The position numbers and the translations under genes were made by a program. Below the pieces are notes generated by a model, which saw nothing but the letters and a program-made list of their open reading frames with translations, was not told the origin of the DNA and did not search any database. 64,000 nt of DNA from Heterodontus francisci (taxonomy: Eukaryota), in assembly GCF_036365525.1 (NCBI RefSeq), contig NC_090378.1, positions 117,041,593 to 117,105,592 of the forward strand, read 5' to 3'. The stretch's first letter is position 1. Every line of letters begins with the position of its first letter. Positions 27,301 to 39,288 of the stretch are shown here, piece after piece.

Positions 27301-27319
27301 ATAAAGGCTTCCTTCCAAA

Positions 27320-27675
27320 TAAACAAGATGCACTGCAGCAACGCACCAAGTCTCCTTAGACAGAACCTTCCAAACCCACGAACTCTACCACCAAGAAGGA
27401 CAAGGGCAGCAAATACATGGGAACAGCACCACCTGTAATTTCCCCTCCAATCCACACACCATCCTGACCTGGAAGTATATCGCTGTTCCTTCACTGTCAC
27501 TGGGTCAAAATCCTGGAACTCCCTTCCTAACAGCTCTGTGGGTTCACCTGCACCACACGGACTGCAGCAGTTCAAGAAGGCAGCTCACCACCACCTTCTC
27601 ACGGGCAATTAGGGATGGGCAATAAATGCTGGCCTGGCCAGCGGCACCCACATCCCAAGAAAGAATTTAAAAAAT
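27320..27675 (+). mobile_element. LINE family B 3' fragment
   Basis: KMHCSNAP motif and GGGCAATAAATGCTGGCC 3' end. Confidence 0.8.
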
Positions 27676-28606
27676 GTAGATCAAAGCAGATTCCAACAAC
27701 AGGCCCGAGGGGCTGAATGGCCTCCTTCAGTGTTGTGTGATTCTCGGATTCGATGGTAAAAGCTGATGACATTAATGGAAAGTAGTGACAGAAAAATTAC
27801 AACATCGATCAGGTAAATATTCCTGACTCAGAGGGGAATATGTTTGGAATAATAAGGAAAACAAGGAAACAGAGGGAAAACCGTTGGAATTATTCAGATT
27901 ACAGTTTGGAGCCATGATGAGAGAGATAAAGTAGCCAAGGGAAAGCTTCACTGGGAGAGTTCAGGTATCAGAGGTTCGGGCTTTCCACAGGTAATGACCC
28001 CCTCGCTCTCAAAATCATCATCATCACCATCTCCTCAAAAAATCCACACTCAACCAATGTGTCCTTGTAAACTACCCCATCACTAATCTCCCTTTCCTCT
28101 CCAAAGTGTGAATGTATTTTTGCCTCATTACTCTGTGCCCATTTTCCCCAGACTTCCCTCTTTGAATCTGTCCAATCAGGTGGATGGGGCTGGATTTTCA
28201 TATCGGGGGCAGGAAATGGACGTCGGGACTGTTTCCGGGTCCCAAACCCGTCCCTGGGGGGGAAACAGAAATGGGTTCCGGGTTTCACAGTGGTGACCAG
28301 TTAATTAATGCAGGAACGGGGGTTTTGGGGGGCACCTCAAGTGTGAGTCCAATTTAAACTCACCACGGCAGCCATTCCTGTGGCCGCTGTTTGAGTGCTC
28401 ATACTGCAGAGTGGGAGAACACAGAGCACTTGATTTACATAATGGTCCAGCAAAGCCAGAGGCCTGGCTGCCTTCCCGCTGGTCACATGGCCACCCAATT
28501 GTCTGTGGCAGCCTCGCCCCCTGTTCTTCTGCCCTCACGATGCCAAGAGGGTGACGATCCTCTCCACTGCCCAATCACTCACAGCCCACTCCAGCCCAAT
28601 GGAGAG

Positions 28607-30126
28607 TGATGTCCTCGGGACTTAGTGAGGTTTAGCCGAGTTTAGGATGAGATATGTGAGACTGAGACTGCAGGCTGTTAAACACAAAGGCTTCTTCTTT
28701 ATTCTGTTTTATTTCCACTTTCCCTTTGCTAGCCTGTGTGTTCTACAGTGGCTTCAAGTTAACAAAATGTACAATGCAATTTCAAAACACTGCAACACGA
28801 CATTCCTCCCCTTCTCAGTAAATGAGAGATGTAGTATGTGTCAATGGTTTGTTTCCAAAAATGTAAAGTATAAACTTACACATAAATAGTTCACTTCGTT
28901 AGATAGTCACCTATGTATGATGGGCATTTTCTCTCACAAGTAGGATATTGTCTGACATCAGGTGAAGTCTCATTTAACTCATGTTCTTCATCGGAGGTGT
29001 CGATGCTGAAATCGGATTCAATGTTTACGAGAGGTGTTTTCAGTGTTTGAAGAATGACACGTTTCTTGTGATAATTTGTGAATCGTGCTCAGCAGTGATC
29101 ATTGATCCTTTTGTGTTGGTCACAACAAATGGTTGGATGTTATAAGGGGTTGTTTGTTTTCCAACATGACCATCACGTTTCACAAGTACTTTATCTCCTG
29201 GCTTTAATGGTGTAGCCTTGAAGTTTCATGTTTCGTTCTGCATTTACCTTCAATCTATCCTTCTGATATCGATTGTGTTGATGTATATGTTGATCATTAG
29301 CTCCGTAGGGTAATTGAGGAAGACGTGTGCACAGAGGATGTGTAAAGATGAGAGTAACTGGATGTTTTCCAGTAGTTGAGTTTGGAGTCACTCTGTAATT
29401 ATGAAGAAAGTGATATAACTCTTGCTCCCATGACTTGTTCACAGCTGTAGCTGTACGTATCACTATTTTCAAGGTTCACATAAATGTCTCGACTTCTCCA
29501 TTAGCTCTTGGCCAATGGGGTGTGATTTCCCTATGAGTGAACACTAGGTAGTTTGTGAATTTACTGAACTCATTGCTGTTGAATGGGGGTTCATTGTCAC
29601 TTCTTACTGTTTGAGGGATTCCAAACAAGGTAGAGATCTGGTCAAGCTTTGGAATCACTGCTTTTGTTGGAGTTGACTTAACTAATTCCACGATTGGGAA
29701 TCTGCTGTAGTCGTCAGTGACAACAAGCAGGTGTTCACCTGTGGGTAAATCTGTGAAATCAACACTGACACAATCCCTGGTCCTGGAGGTAGTTCAGACA
29801 TCACGAGAGGATCATGAAGATTTGACATTGTGGGTAGTTGACATGGTAAACACTGATTGATTTTATCTCTACCATGCAGTTCATTCCTGGAACCCAAACC
29901 ATTTGCCTAAGGAGTTGTTTGCTAGTGACTATTCCCTGGTGTCCTTTATCAACAACACATTCTCTTAATGAGTGTGGAATGACCATACAGTTGTTGTGTA
30001 ATATGAGATCAGATGTAGTTGCAACAGTGAGCTCATTTCGAACATTAGTGTGAAGATCTTGTAGTGTGTCAGAATTAATCTTTAGACATTTCTCGATCAC
30101 GTCTTTCCAGTTTCGTGATTTGATAG
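28607..30126 (-). mobile_element. Gypsy LTR retrotransposon 3' part: integrase, polypurine tract and 3' LTR (28607-28802)
   Basis: Integrase fragments GHQGIV..KQLLR..VW.P, FGIPQTVRSDNEPPF, PHWPRANGEVE, YRVTPNSTTG; PPT GAAGGGGAGGAA (28814-28803) followed by TGTCG...ACATCA containing AATAAA. Confidence 0.85.
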
Positions 30127-31323
30127 CAGGGATGTCCAACCTTTTCGTGTCAGGGGCCAGATTACAATTTTTACCCTCCAGTAGGGGGCCAGTGAGAACA
30201 TTTCGGACGATAAAGGCATTAAAAATGTATCCTTGTATGAAAACTATAACAAATGTGCATTTTTATGAAGAAGCTTTAAATGAGAAGTAATTTATTGACG
30301 TACTTTCTCATTACTATGTTGAACATTGATTTAGTGACCTACCTGACATTGTTTTTGCTTGCATTAATACTCAATCTCTGCCCACACACTTGACGTAGCG
30401 ATGCAGTGTATTCCAGAATGATGTCCATGTGTCAGAGAGATATTGATCTTTCTTCCTCTCTCCTCTTGCTCTCTGTATCTCTCTGTCTCTCTTTCCCCCC
30501 TCCATCTCTCTCTCCCCCTCTCAGTCCCACCCTCTCCCCTACCTCTGTCTCCCCACTCTCTCTATCAGTCTCCCTCTGTCTGTCCCACTATCCCCTCTCT
30601 CTGTCTCTCTCTCTCCCTCTCTCGCTGCCCCTTCTTTCTCTTACTCCCTGCTCTCTTTCTCTGTTTGTCTCTCACTCCCTCCTCCTCACTGCCTGCTCCC
30701 CAGTCCCTGATCCCTGCTCCCCACCCTCCACTTCCCACTCTCCACTGCCCACTCTCCACTGCCCACTCTCCTCTCCCCACTACCCACACTCCACTCCCCA
30801 CTCCACGCTCTCCACTCCCCACTGTCCGTTCTCCACTCCCCACTCCACGCCTCTACTCCCCACTGTCCGTTCTCCATTCCCACTCCACGCTCTCCACTCC
30901 CCACTGTCCTTTCTCCACTCCCCATTCCACGCTCTCCACTCCCCACTGTCCGTTCTCCACTCCACGCTCCCCACTCCCCACTGTCCGTTCTCCACTCCAC
31001 GCTCTCCACTCCCCACTGTCCGTTCTCCACTCCCCACTCCACGCTCTCCACTCCCCACTGTCCGTTCTCCACTCCCCACTCCACGCTCCACTCCACGCTT
31101 TCCACTCCCCGCTCTCCAATCCCGGCTCCCCTGTCTCTACTGCCCATTCCCCATCTGTTCATTCTCCATCAATGTGGATTCCAGAGACAGGATGTGAATG
31201 ACACTCTCCCGCTGGGCACAGCCACATTGTGTGGGTCGGGGATCCTCACAAAAATAGAGCTGCCCACCGAAGTGCTTTGCAGGGCTGAAGTCTGGCCCAT
31301 GGGCCGTATGCTGGAGAACCATA
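30127..31323. mobile_element. Probable hAT/Charlie-like non-autonomous element containing CT-rich and CCACT-rich simple repeats (30450-31150)
   Basis: Left end CAGGGATGTCCAACCTT; degenerate right end GGGCCGTATGCTGGAGAACC; interrupts the Gypsy pol; no clean TSD. Confidence 0.55.
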
Positions 31324-31418
31324 TTCTAATTCTTCACCTCCAAGTGTCAAAGTGAGGCCTTTTTCCTTGTGACGTCTGTGATAGTGAAACGTGCCATTGC
31401 ATCTTCAAAACGTAGCAG

Positions 31419-33122
31419 CCACACCTACAGACAGTACTGGGTAACACACTCAAACTCAGAGACACACACCTACAGACAGTACTGGGTAACACACTCAAAC
31501 TCAGAGACACACACCTACAGACAGTACTGGGTAACACACTCAAACTCAGAGACACACACCTACAGACAGTACTGGGTAACACACTCAAACTCAGAGACAC
31601 ACACCTACAGACAGTACTGGGTAACACACTCAAACTCAGAGATACACACCTACAGACAGTACTGGGTAACACACTCAAACTCAGAGACACACACCGACAG
31701 ACAGTTCTGGGTAACACACTCAAACTCAGAGACACACACCTACAGACAGTACTGGGTAACACACTCAAACTCAGAGACACACACCTACAGACAGTACTGG
31801 GTAACACACTCAAACTCAGAGATACACACCTACAGACAGTACTGGGTAACACACTCAAACTCAGAGACACACACCTACAGACAGTACTGGGTAACACACT
31901 CAAACTCAGAGACACACACCTACAGACAGTACTGGGTAACAGACTCAAACTCAGAGACACACACCTACAGACAGTACTGGGTAACACACTCAAACTCAGA
32001 GACACACACCTACAGACAGTGCTGGGTAACACACTCACACTCAGAGACACACACCTACAGACAGTACTGGGTAACACACTCAAACTCAGAGACACACACC
32101 TACAGACAGTACTGGGTAACACACTCACACTCAGAGACACACACCTGCAGACAGTACTGGGTAACACACTCACACTCAGAGACACACACCTACAGACAGT
32201 ACAGGGTAACACACTCACACTCAGAGACACACACCTACAGACAGTACTGGGTAACACACTCAAACTCAGAGACACACACCTACAGACAGTACTGGGTAAC
32301 ACACCCACACTCAGAGATACACACCGACAGACAGTACTGGGTAACACACCCACACTCAGAGATACACACCTACAGACAGAACTGGGTAACACACCCACAC
32401 TCAGAGATACACACCTAAGGACAGTACTGGGTAACACACCCACACTCAGAGATACACACCTCCAGACAGAACTGGGTAACACACCCACACTCAGAGATAC
32501 ACACCTACCGACAGAACTGGGTAACTCACCCACAATCAGAGATACACACCTATAGACAGTACTGGGTAACACACTCAAACTCAGAGACACACACCTACAG
32601 ACAGTACTGGGTAACACACCCACACTCAGAAACACACACCTACAGACAGTACAGGCTAACACACCCAAACTCAGAGATACACACCTCCAGACAGAACTGG
32701 GTAGCACACCCACACTCAGAGATACACACCTACCGACAGAACTGGGTAACTCACCCACAATCAGAGATACACACCTGCAGACAGTACTGGGTAACACACT
32801 CAAACTCAGAGACACACACCTACAGACAGTACTGGGTAACACACTCAAACTCAGAGACACACACCTACAGACAGTACTGGGTAACAGACCCATACTCAGA
32901 GACACACACCTGCAGACAGTACTGTTTAACACACCCACACTCAGAGACACACACCTGCAGACAGTACTGGGTAAGACACATACTCAGAGACACGCACCTA
33001 CAGACAGTACTGGGTAACACACCCACACTCAGAGACACACACCTGCAGACAGTACTGGGTAAGACACACACTCAGAGACACACACCTACAGACAGTACTG
33101 GGTAACAGACCCATACTCAGAG
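31419..33122. repeat. 45-bp minisatellite subfamily A (ACACACACCTACAGACAGTACTGGGTAACACACTCAAACTCAGAG), ~38 copies
   Basis: Direct periodicity; 15-aa repeat in ORFs. Confidence 0.97.
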
Positions 33123-33191
33123 GAACCCACCAAATGACTGCACTGTGTAATGCACACATACTTAGACGTACACACCTACTGAGAGTACTGG

Positions 33192-33622
33192 ATAGCTATG
33201 AAGAGAGACTGGATAGGCTCGGGTTCTTTTCCTTCGAGCAGAGAAGGCTGATGGATGACCTGATTGAGGTATCTAAAATTATGAGGTGCATTGATAGGAT
33301 AGATAGGAAGAAACCTTTTGCCTTAGTGGAGGGGTCAATAACCAGTGTGCATAGATTGAAGCTAAGAGGCAGGAGGCTTAGAAGAAAAGAATTTTCACCC
33401 AGAGGGTGGTGCGAATCTGGAACGCACTGCCTGAAGACTTGGTAGAGGCAGGAACCCTCACAACATTTAAGATGTATTTAGATGAGCACTTGAAATGCCA
33501 CAGCATACAAGGCTACGGGCCAAGTGCCAGAAAATGTGATTAGAATAAATCGGTGCTTGATGGTTGGCAAAGACACGATGGGCTGAAGGGCCTGGTTCTG
33601 TGCTGTATAACTCTATGATTCT
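33192..33622 (+). mobile_element. CR1 3' fragment inserted within the 45-bp array
   Basis: SYEERLDRLG..QRRL..DLIEV and CR1 3' UTR ending CTCTATGATTCTAT. Confidence 0.85.
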
Positions 33623-33624
33623 AT

Positions 33625-36311
33625 AACACACCCACACTCAGAATCACACACCTACAGACAGTACTGGGTAACCCACACACACTCAGAGACACAAACCTAC
33701 AGACAGGACAGGGTAACCCACACACACTCAGACACACACACCAACAGACAGTACTGGGTAACCCACACACACTCAGACACACACACCTACAGACAGGACA
33801 GGGTAACCCACACACACTCAGACACACACACCTACAGACAGTACTGGGTAACCCACACACACTCAGAGACACACACCTACAGACAGGACAGGGTAACCCA
33901 CACACACTCAGAGACACACACCTACAGACAGGACAGGGTAACCCACACACACTTAGACACACACACCTACAGACAGGACAGGGTAACCCACACACACTCA
34001 GACACGCACACTTACAGACAGTATAGGGTAACCCACACACACTCAGACACACACACCTACAGACAGTACTGGGTTACCCACACACACTCAGACACACACA
34101 TCTACAGACAGTACAGGGTAACCCACACACACTCAGATACACACACCTACAGACATTACAGGGTAACCCACACACACTCAGACACACATACCTACAGACA
34201 GTACTGGGTAACCCACACACACTCAGACACACACACTGACATACAGTACTGGGTAACCCACACACACTCAGACACACACACCTCCAGACAATACAGGGTA
34301 ACCCACACACACTCAGACACACACACCTACAGACAGTACAGGGTAACCCACACACACTCAGACACACACACCTACAGACAGTACAGGGTAACCCACACAC
34401 ACACAGACACACACACCTACAGACAGTACTGTGTAACCCACACACACTCAGACACACACACCTCCAGACAATACAGGGTAACCCACACACACTCAGACAC
34501 ACACACCTACAGACAGTACAGGGTAACCCACACACACTCAGACACACACACCTACAGACAGTACAGGGTAACCCACACACACACAGACACACACACCTAC
34601 AGACAGTACTGTGTAACCCACACACACTCAGACACACACACCGACAGACAGTACAGGGTAACCCACACACACACAGACACACACACCTACAGACAGTACT
34701 GTGTAACCCACACACACTCAGACACACACACCAACATACAGTACTGGGTAACCCACACATACTCAGACACACACACCTACAGACAGTACAGGGTAACCCA
34801 CACACACACAGACACACACACCTACAGACAGTACTGTGTAACCCACACACACTCAGACACACACACCGACAGACAGTACAGGGTAACCCACACACACACA
34901 GACACACACACCTACAGACAGTACTGTGTAACCCACACACACTCAGACACACACACCAACATACAGTACTGGGTAACCCACACATACTCAGACACACACA
35001 CCTACAGACAGTACAGGGTAACCCACACACACTCAGACACACACACCTACAGACAGTACTGGGTAACCCACACACACTCAGAGACACACACCTACAGACA
35101 GGACAGGGTAACCCACACACACTCAGACACACACACCTACAGACAGGACAGGGTAACCCACACACACTTAGACACACACACCTACAGACAGGACAGGGTA
35201 ACCCACACACACTCAGACACGCACACTTACAGACAGTATAGGGTAACCCACACACACTCAGACACACACACCTACAGACAGTACTGGGTTACCCACACAC
35301 ACTCAGACACACACATCTACAGACAGTACAGGGTAACCCACACACACTCAGATACACACACCTACAGACAGTACAGGGTAACCCACACACACTCAGACAC
35401 ACATACCTACAGACAGTACTGGGTAACCCACACACACTCAGACACACACACTGACATACAGTACTGGGTAACCCACACACACTCAGACACACACACCTCC
35501 AGACAATACAGGGTAACCCACACACACTCAGACACACACACCTACAGACAGTACAGGGTAACCCACACACACTCAGACACACACACCTACAGACAGTACA
35601 GGGTAACCCACACACACACAGACACACACACCTACAGACAGTACTGTGTAACCCACACACACTCAGACACACACACCTCCAGACAATACAGGGTAACCCA
35701 CACACACTCAGACACACACACCTACAGACAGTACAGGGTAACCCACACACACTCAGACACACACACCTACAGACAGTACAGGGTAACCCACACACACACA
35801 GACACACACACCTACAGACAGTACAGGGTAACCCACACACACTCAGACACACACACCGACAGACAGTACAGGGTAACCCACACACACACAGACACACACA
35901 CCTACAGACAGTACTGTGTAACCCACACACACTCAGACACACACACCAACATACAGTACTGGGTAACCCACACATACTCAGACACACACACCTACAGACA
36001 GTACAGGGTAACCCACACACACACAGACACACACACCTACAGACAGTACTGTGTAACCCACACACACTCAGACACACACACCGACAGACAGTACAGGGTA
36101 ACCCACACACACACAGACACACACACCTACAGACAGTACTGTGTAACCCACACACACTCAGACACACACACCAACATACAGTACTGGGTAACCCACACAT
36201 ACTCAGACACACACACCTACAGACAGTACAGGGTAACCCACACACACGCAGACACACACACCTACAGACAGTATTGGGTAACCCACACACACTCCGAAAC
36301 ACACACCTACA
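33625..36311. repeat. 45-bp minisatellite subfamily B (ACACACACCTACAGACAGTACAGGGTAACCCACACACACTCAGAC), ~60 copies
   Basis: Direct periodicity. Confidence 0.97.
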
Positions 36312-36835
36312 GGATGTAAATGTGTTGGAATCAGTTCAGAGAAGGTTTATTAGACTAATACTTGGAATGTGCAGGTTTTCCTCTGAGGAAAGGTTGGACA
36401 GGTTAGGTTTATATCCACTGGAGTTTAGAAGAGTAAGAGGTGACTTGATGGAGACATATAAGATTCCTGAGGGGTTTTGACAGGGTGGATGTGGAAAGGT
36501 TGTTTCTTCTTGTTGAAGAAACTAGAACTTGGGGTCACTATTTAAAAATAAGGTGTCACCCATTGAATACAGAGTTGAGAATTCTTTTATTTCCAAGGGT
36601 CGTGACTCTTTGGAACTCTCTTTCTCAAAAGGCGATGGAAGCAGAGTCTATAAATATTTTTAAGGCAGAGGTGGATCGATTCTTGATAAGCAAGGGGGTG
36701 AAAGGTTATCATGGGTAGGAGGGAATGTGGTGTTGAGATTACAATCAGATCAGCCATGATCTTATTGAATGGTGGAGCAGGTTCGAGGGGCCGAGTGGCC
36801 TACTCCTGCTCCTAATTCATATGTTTGTATTTATG
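36312..36835 (+). mobile_element. CR1 3' fragment
   Basis: DVNVLESVQRRF..RGDLMETYKI and 3' UTR. Confidence 0.85.
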
Positions 36836-37080
36836 TTTGTAATCAAATCTTATGCTAATGTGCTATTGATTGAGAGTTCAACCAGCCAATCATTAGAATC
36901 ACTTGCTGAAATACAGCCAATCAACTGACAGGAATGTGGGACATTTCCAAAGTACTCCCGAGACATTTACTGAATATTCTTAATGTTTATTACCTTTTAC
37001 AGATTTACATTTACAGTAAAAAGACTTGAATAAACAGTTCAGTGAGAGGAAGCTGGAGAAATTCACAGGGAGAATGAAGG

Positions 37081-37086
37081 TTTATT
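37081..37086 (-). terminator. Candidate polyadenylation signal of the Ig light-chain transcript
   Basis: First canonical AATAAA I found downstream of the C stop codon (~565 nt); a second lies at 36986-36991. Confidence 0.6.
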
Positions 37087-37280
37087 AAAACAGTTGTGGA
37101 GATTTTCTCAATAACATGAGAATCCTGTCGCTTTAAACAGAGACTAAACTTTAAATTGTAACTGCAGGGTGAGCAGGAAGGAGGTCTGGTTTACTGAAGC
37201 AGCGACTTCTGAGGTTCACATTATTTTAGCTCAGCTGACAGTCTTCAGCATCTTAGAGAGGTTTTACTTGGCATCACGAG

Positions 37281-37495
37281 TCTACATTGTCCAATCAAAC
37301 ACTCCCAGGGCAGGTACAGTACGGGTTAGATACAGAGTAAAGCTCCCTCTACATTGTCCAATCAAACACTCCCAGGGCAGGTACAGTACGGGTTAGATAC
37401 AGAGTAAAGCTCCCTCTACATTGTCCAATCAAACACTCCCAGGGCAGGTACAGTACGGGTTAGATACAGAGTAAAGCCCCCTCTACACTGTCCCA
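37281..37495. repeat. 67-bp tandem repeat, ~3.2 copies, in the predicted C 3' UTR
   Basis: TCTACATTGTCCAATCAAACACTCCCAGGGCAGGTACAGTACGGGTTAGATACAGAGTAAAGCTCCC at 37281, 37348 and 37415. Confidence 0.9.
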
Positions 37496-37650
37496 ATTTA
37501 GTGCCTTAACCCCTGATCCTCAGAGGTGTCTCAGACCCAGTCACGAGAAGGAAGAGAGTTGAAATTCCGTGCTGACAATGACCTTTATCCTCCCAGCTCA
37601 CCCCTGTTATATTTAAAGTTGTGTCTCCTCTGCGGACTGTCTCTAACATT

Positions 37651-37979
37651 CTACACACATTCTGATCTGCTCACACTCTTACTGAGGGGAGAGGACAGGG
37701 TCTCGTGGGTGAGGGCACAGGAGAAGCGGGCGTTGGACTCCCAGTCAGAGCCAGAGAGGGTCAGCAGGCTGCTGACACTGTAGGTGCTGTCCGAAGCTCG
37801 CAGGTAATTGCTGGTCTGAACTCCGGCCGAAATGGCTGCACCGTCCTTCTTCCACTCCACCCCCACTTCATCGGGATAGAAGTGATCGGCAAGGCACACC
37901 AGGGTGGCAGTGCCCTTGGCCTTGACCTCCTCCGGCGAGGGGGGCATCAGGGTCAGTGTGGGTTGAGACTTCTCTCGGC
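37651..37979 (-). CDS. IGKC: Immunoglobulin light-chain constant exon, kappa / shark type III (NS4-like)
   Basis: Pyrimidine tract + CAG acceptor at 37982-37980; (S)REKSQPTLTLMPPSPEEVKAKGTATLVCLADHFYPDEVGVEWKKDG...YSVSSLLTLSGSDWESNARFSCALTHETLSSPLSKSVSRSECV*; both domain Cys, the Trp and the penultimate inter-chain Cys are present. Confidence 0.97.
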
Positions 37980-38014
37980 CTGAAAGAGAAGAGAAAAACT
38001 GTTAATCACTGCAT

Positions 38015-38245
38015 GTTTGTGTATTTCTGTGTTCTATTTGTATATTTTTTGCTCTCTGTATATATTTGTGTGTTTTATGTATATATTTGTGTCTTTTGTC
38101 GGTATATTTGTGTGTCCTCTGTATATATTTGTGTGTTTTATGTATTTATTTGTGTGTTCTGTCTGTACATTTGTGTATTCTCTGTGTATATTTGTGTGTT
38201 CTATGTGTATATTTATGTGTATGTTTCTGTGGGTGTTTCTGTGTT
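38015..38245. repeat. TG/TA-rich low-complexity repeat in the J-C intron next to the C acceptor
   Basis: Degenerate ~21-bp TGTATATATTTGTGTGTTCTA units. Confidence 0.8.
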
Positions 38246-38446
38246 TGGAATTGTCACATCAGATAACAGACAGCTGAGTTAATGAACTGCAGCTGGTGTT
38301 GAATCGTTAGAAATGAGCACCATCACTTCTTAATTTGCCTCGCTTGCTAGGTTTAGTCTAAAATACAAAGACAGTGGATGGTTTGATGTTCAACTGGTTA
38401 AATTGTGTTCGACTGCTCTTGGAAGTATGATATGGTAGTTTTTTTT

Positions 38447-39288
38447 ATTCATTCATGGGATGTGGGCGTCGCTGGCCAGGCCAGCATTTATTGCCCATCA
38501 CTAATAGCTCTTGAGAAGGTGGTGGTGAGCTGCCTTCTTGAACTGCTGCAGTCCATGTGGGGTAGGTACACCCACAGTGCTGTTAGGCAGGGAGTTCCAG
38601 GATTTTGACCCAGTGACAGTGAAGGAACGGCGATATAGTTCCAAGTCAGGATGGTGTGTGGCTTGGAGGAGAACTTGCAGGTGGTGGTGTTCCCATGCAA
38701 CTGCTGGCCTTTCCTCCTAGGTGGCCAGCCTTTGACCTGCTCTTGTAGCCACAGTATTTACAGGGCTACTGCAGTTCAGGTTCTGGTCAATGGTAACCCT
38801 CAGGATGTTGATAGTGGGGGATTCAGCGATCGTAATGCCATTGAATGTCAAGGGGAGATGGTTAGATTCTTTCTTATTTGAGATAGTCATTGCCTTTCAC
38901 TTGTGTGACGCGAATGTTACTTGTTACTTATCAGCCCAAGCGTGGACAGTGTCCAGGTTTTGCTGCATTTCTAGATAGTCTGTTTCCGTTTCTGTGGATT
39001 CGCGAATGGTGCTGAAGGTTGTGCAATCATCAGCGAACATCCGCTCTTCTGACCTTATGGTGGAGGGAAGGTCATTGATGAAGCAACTGAAGATGGTTGG
39101 GCCTAGGACACTATGCTGAGGAACTCCTGCAGTGACGTCCTGGAGCTGAGATGATTGACCTCCAACAACCACAGCTATCTTCCTTTGTGCTAGGTATGAC
39201 TCCAAACAGTCGAGAGATTTCCCCCTGATTCACACTGACTCTAGTTTTGCTCGGGCTCCTTGATTCCAGACTCAAATGCTGCCTTGAT
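38447..39288 (-). mobile_element. LINE family B 3' fragment with internal deletions
   Basis: AGVPQHSVLGP..MFADDC (38924-39205). Confidence 0.85.

Noticed and set aside
28186-28606. GC-rich element starting GGGGCTGGATTTT (a similar-looking one at ~46427-47190)
   Set aside because: Probably non-autonomous DNA transposon fragments, but I could not define paired TIRs or TSDs
31334-36302. Cys/Val-rich, keratin-associated-like ORFs
   Set aside because: Translation of the 45-bp CA-rich minisatellite
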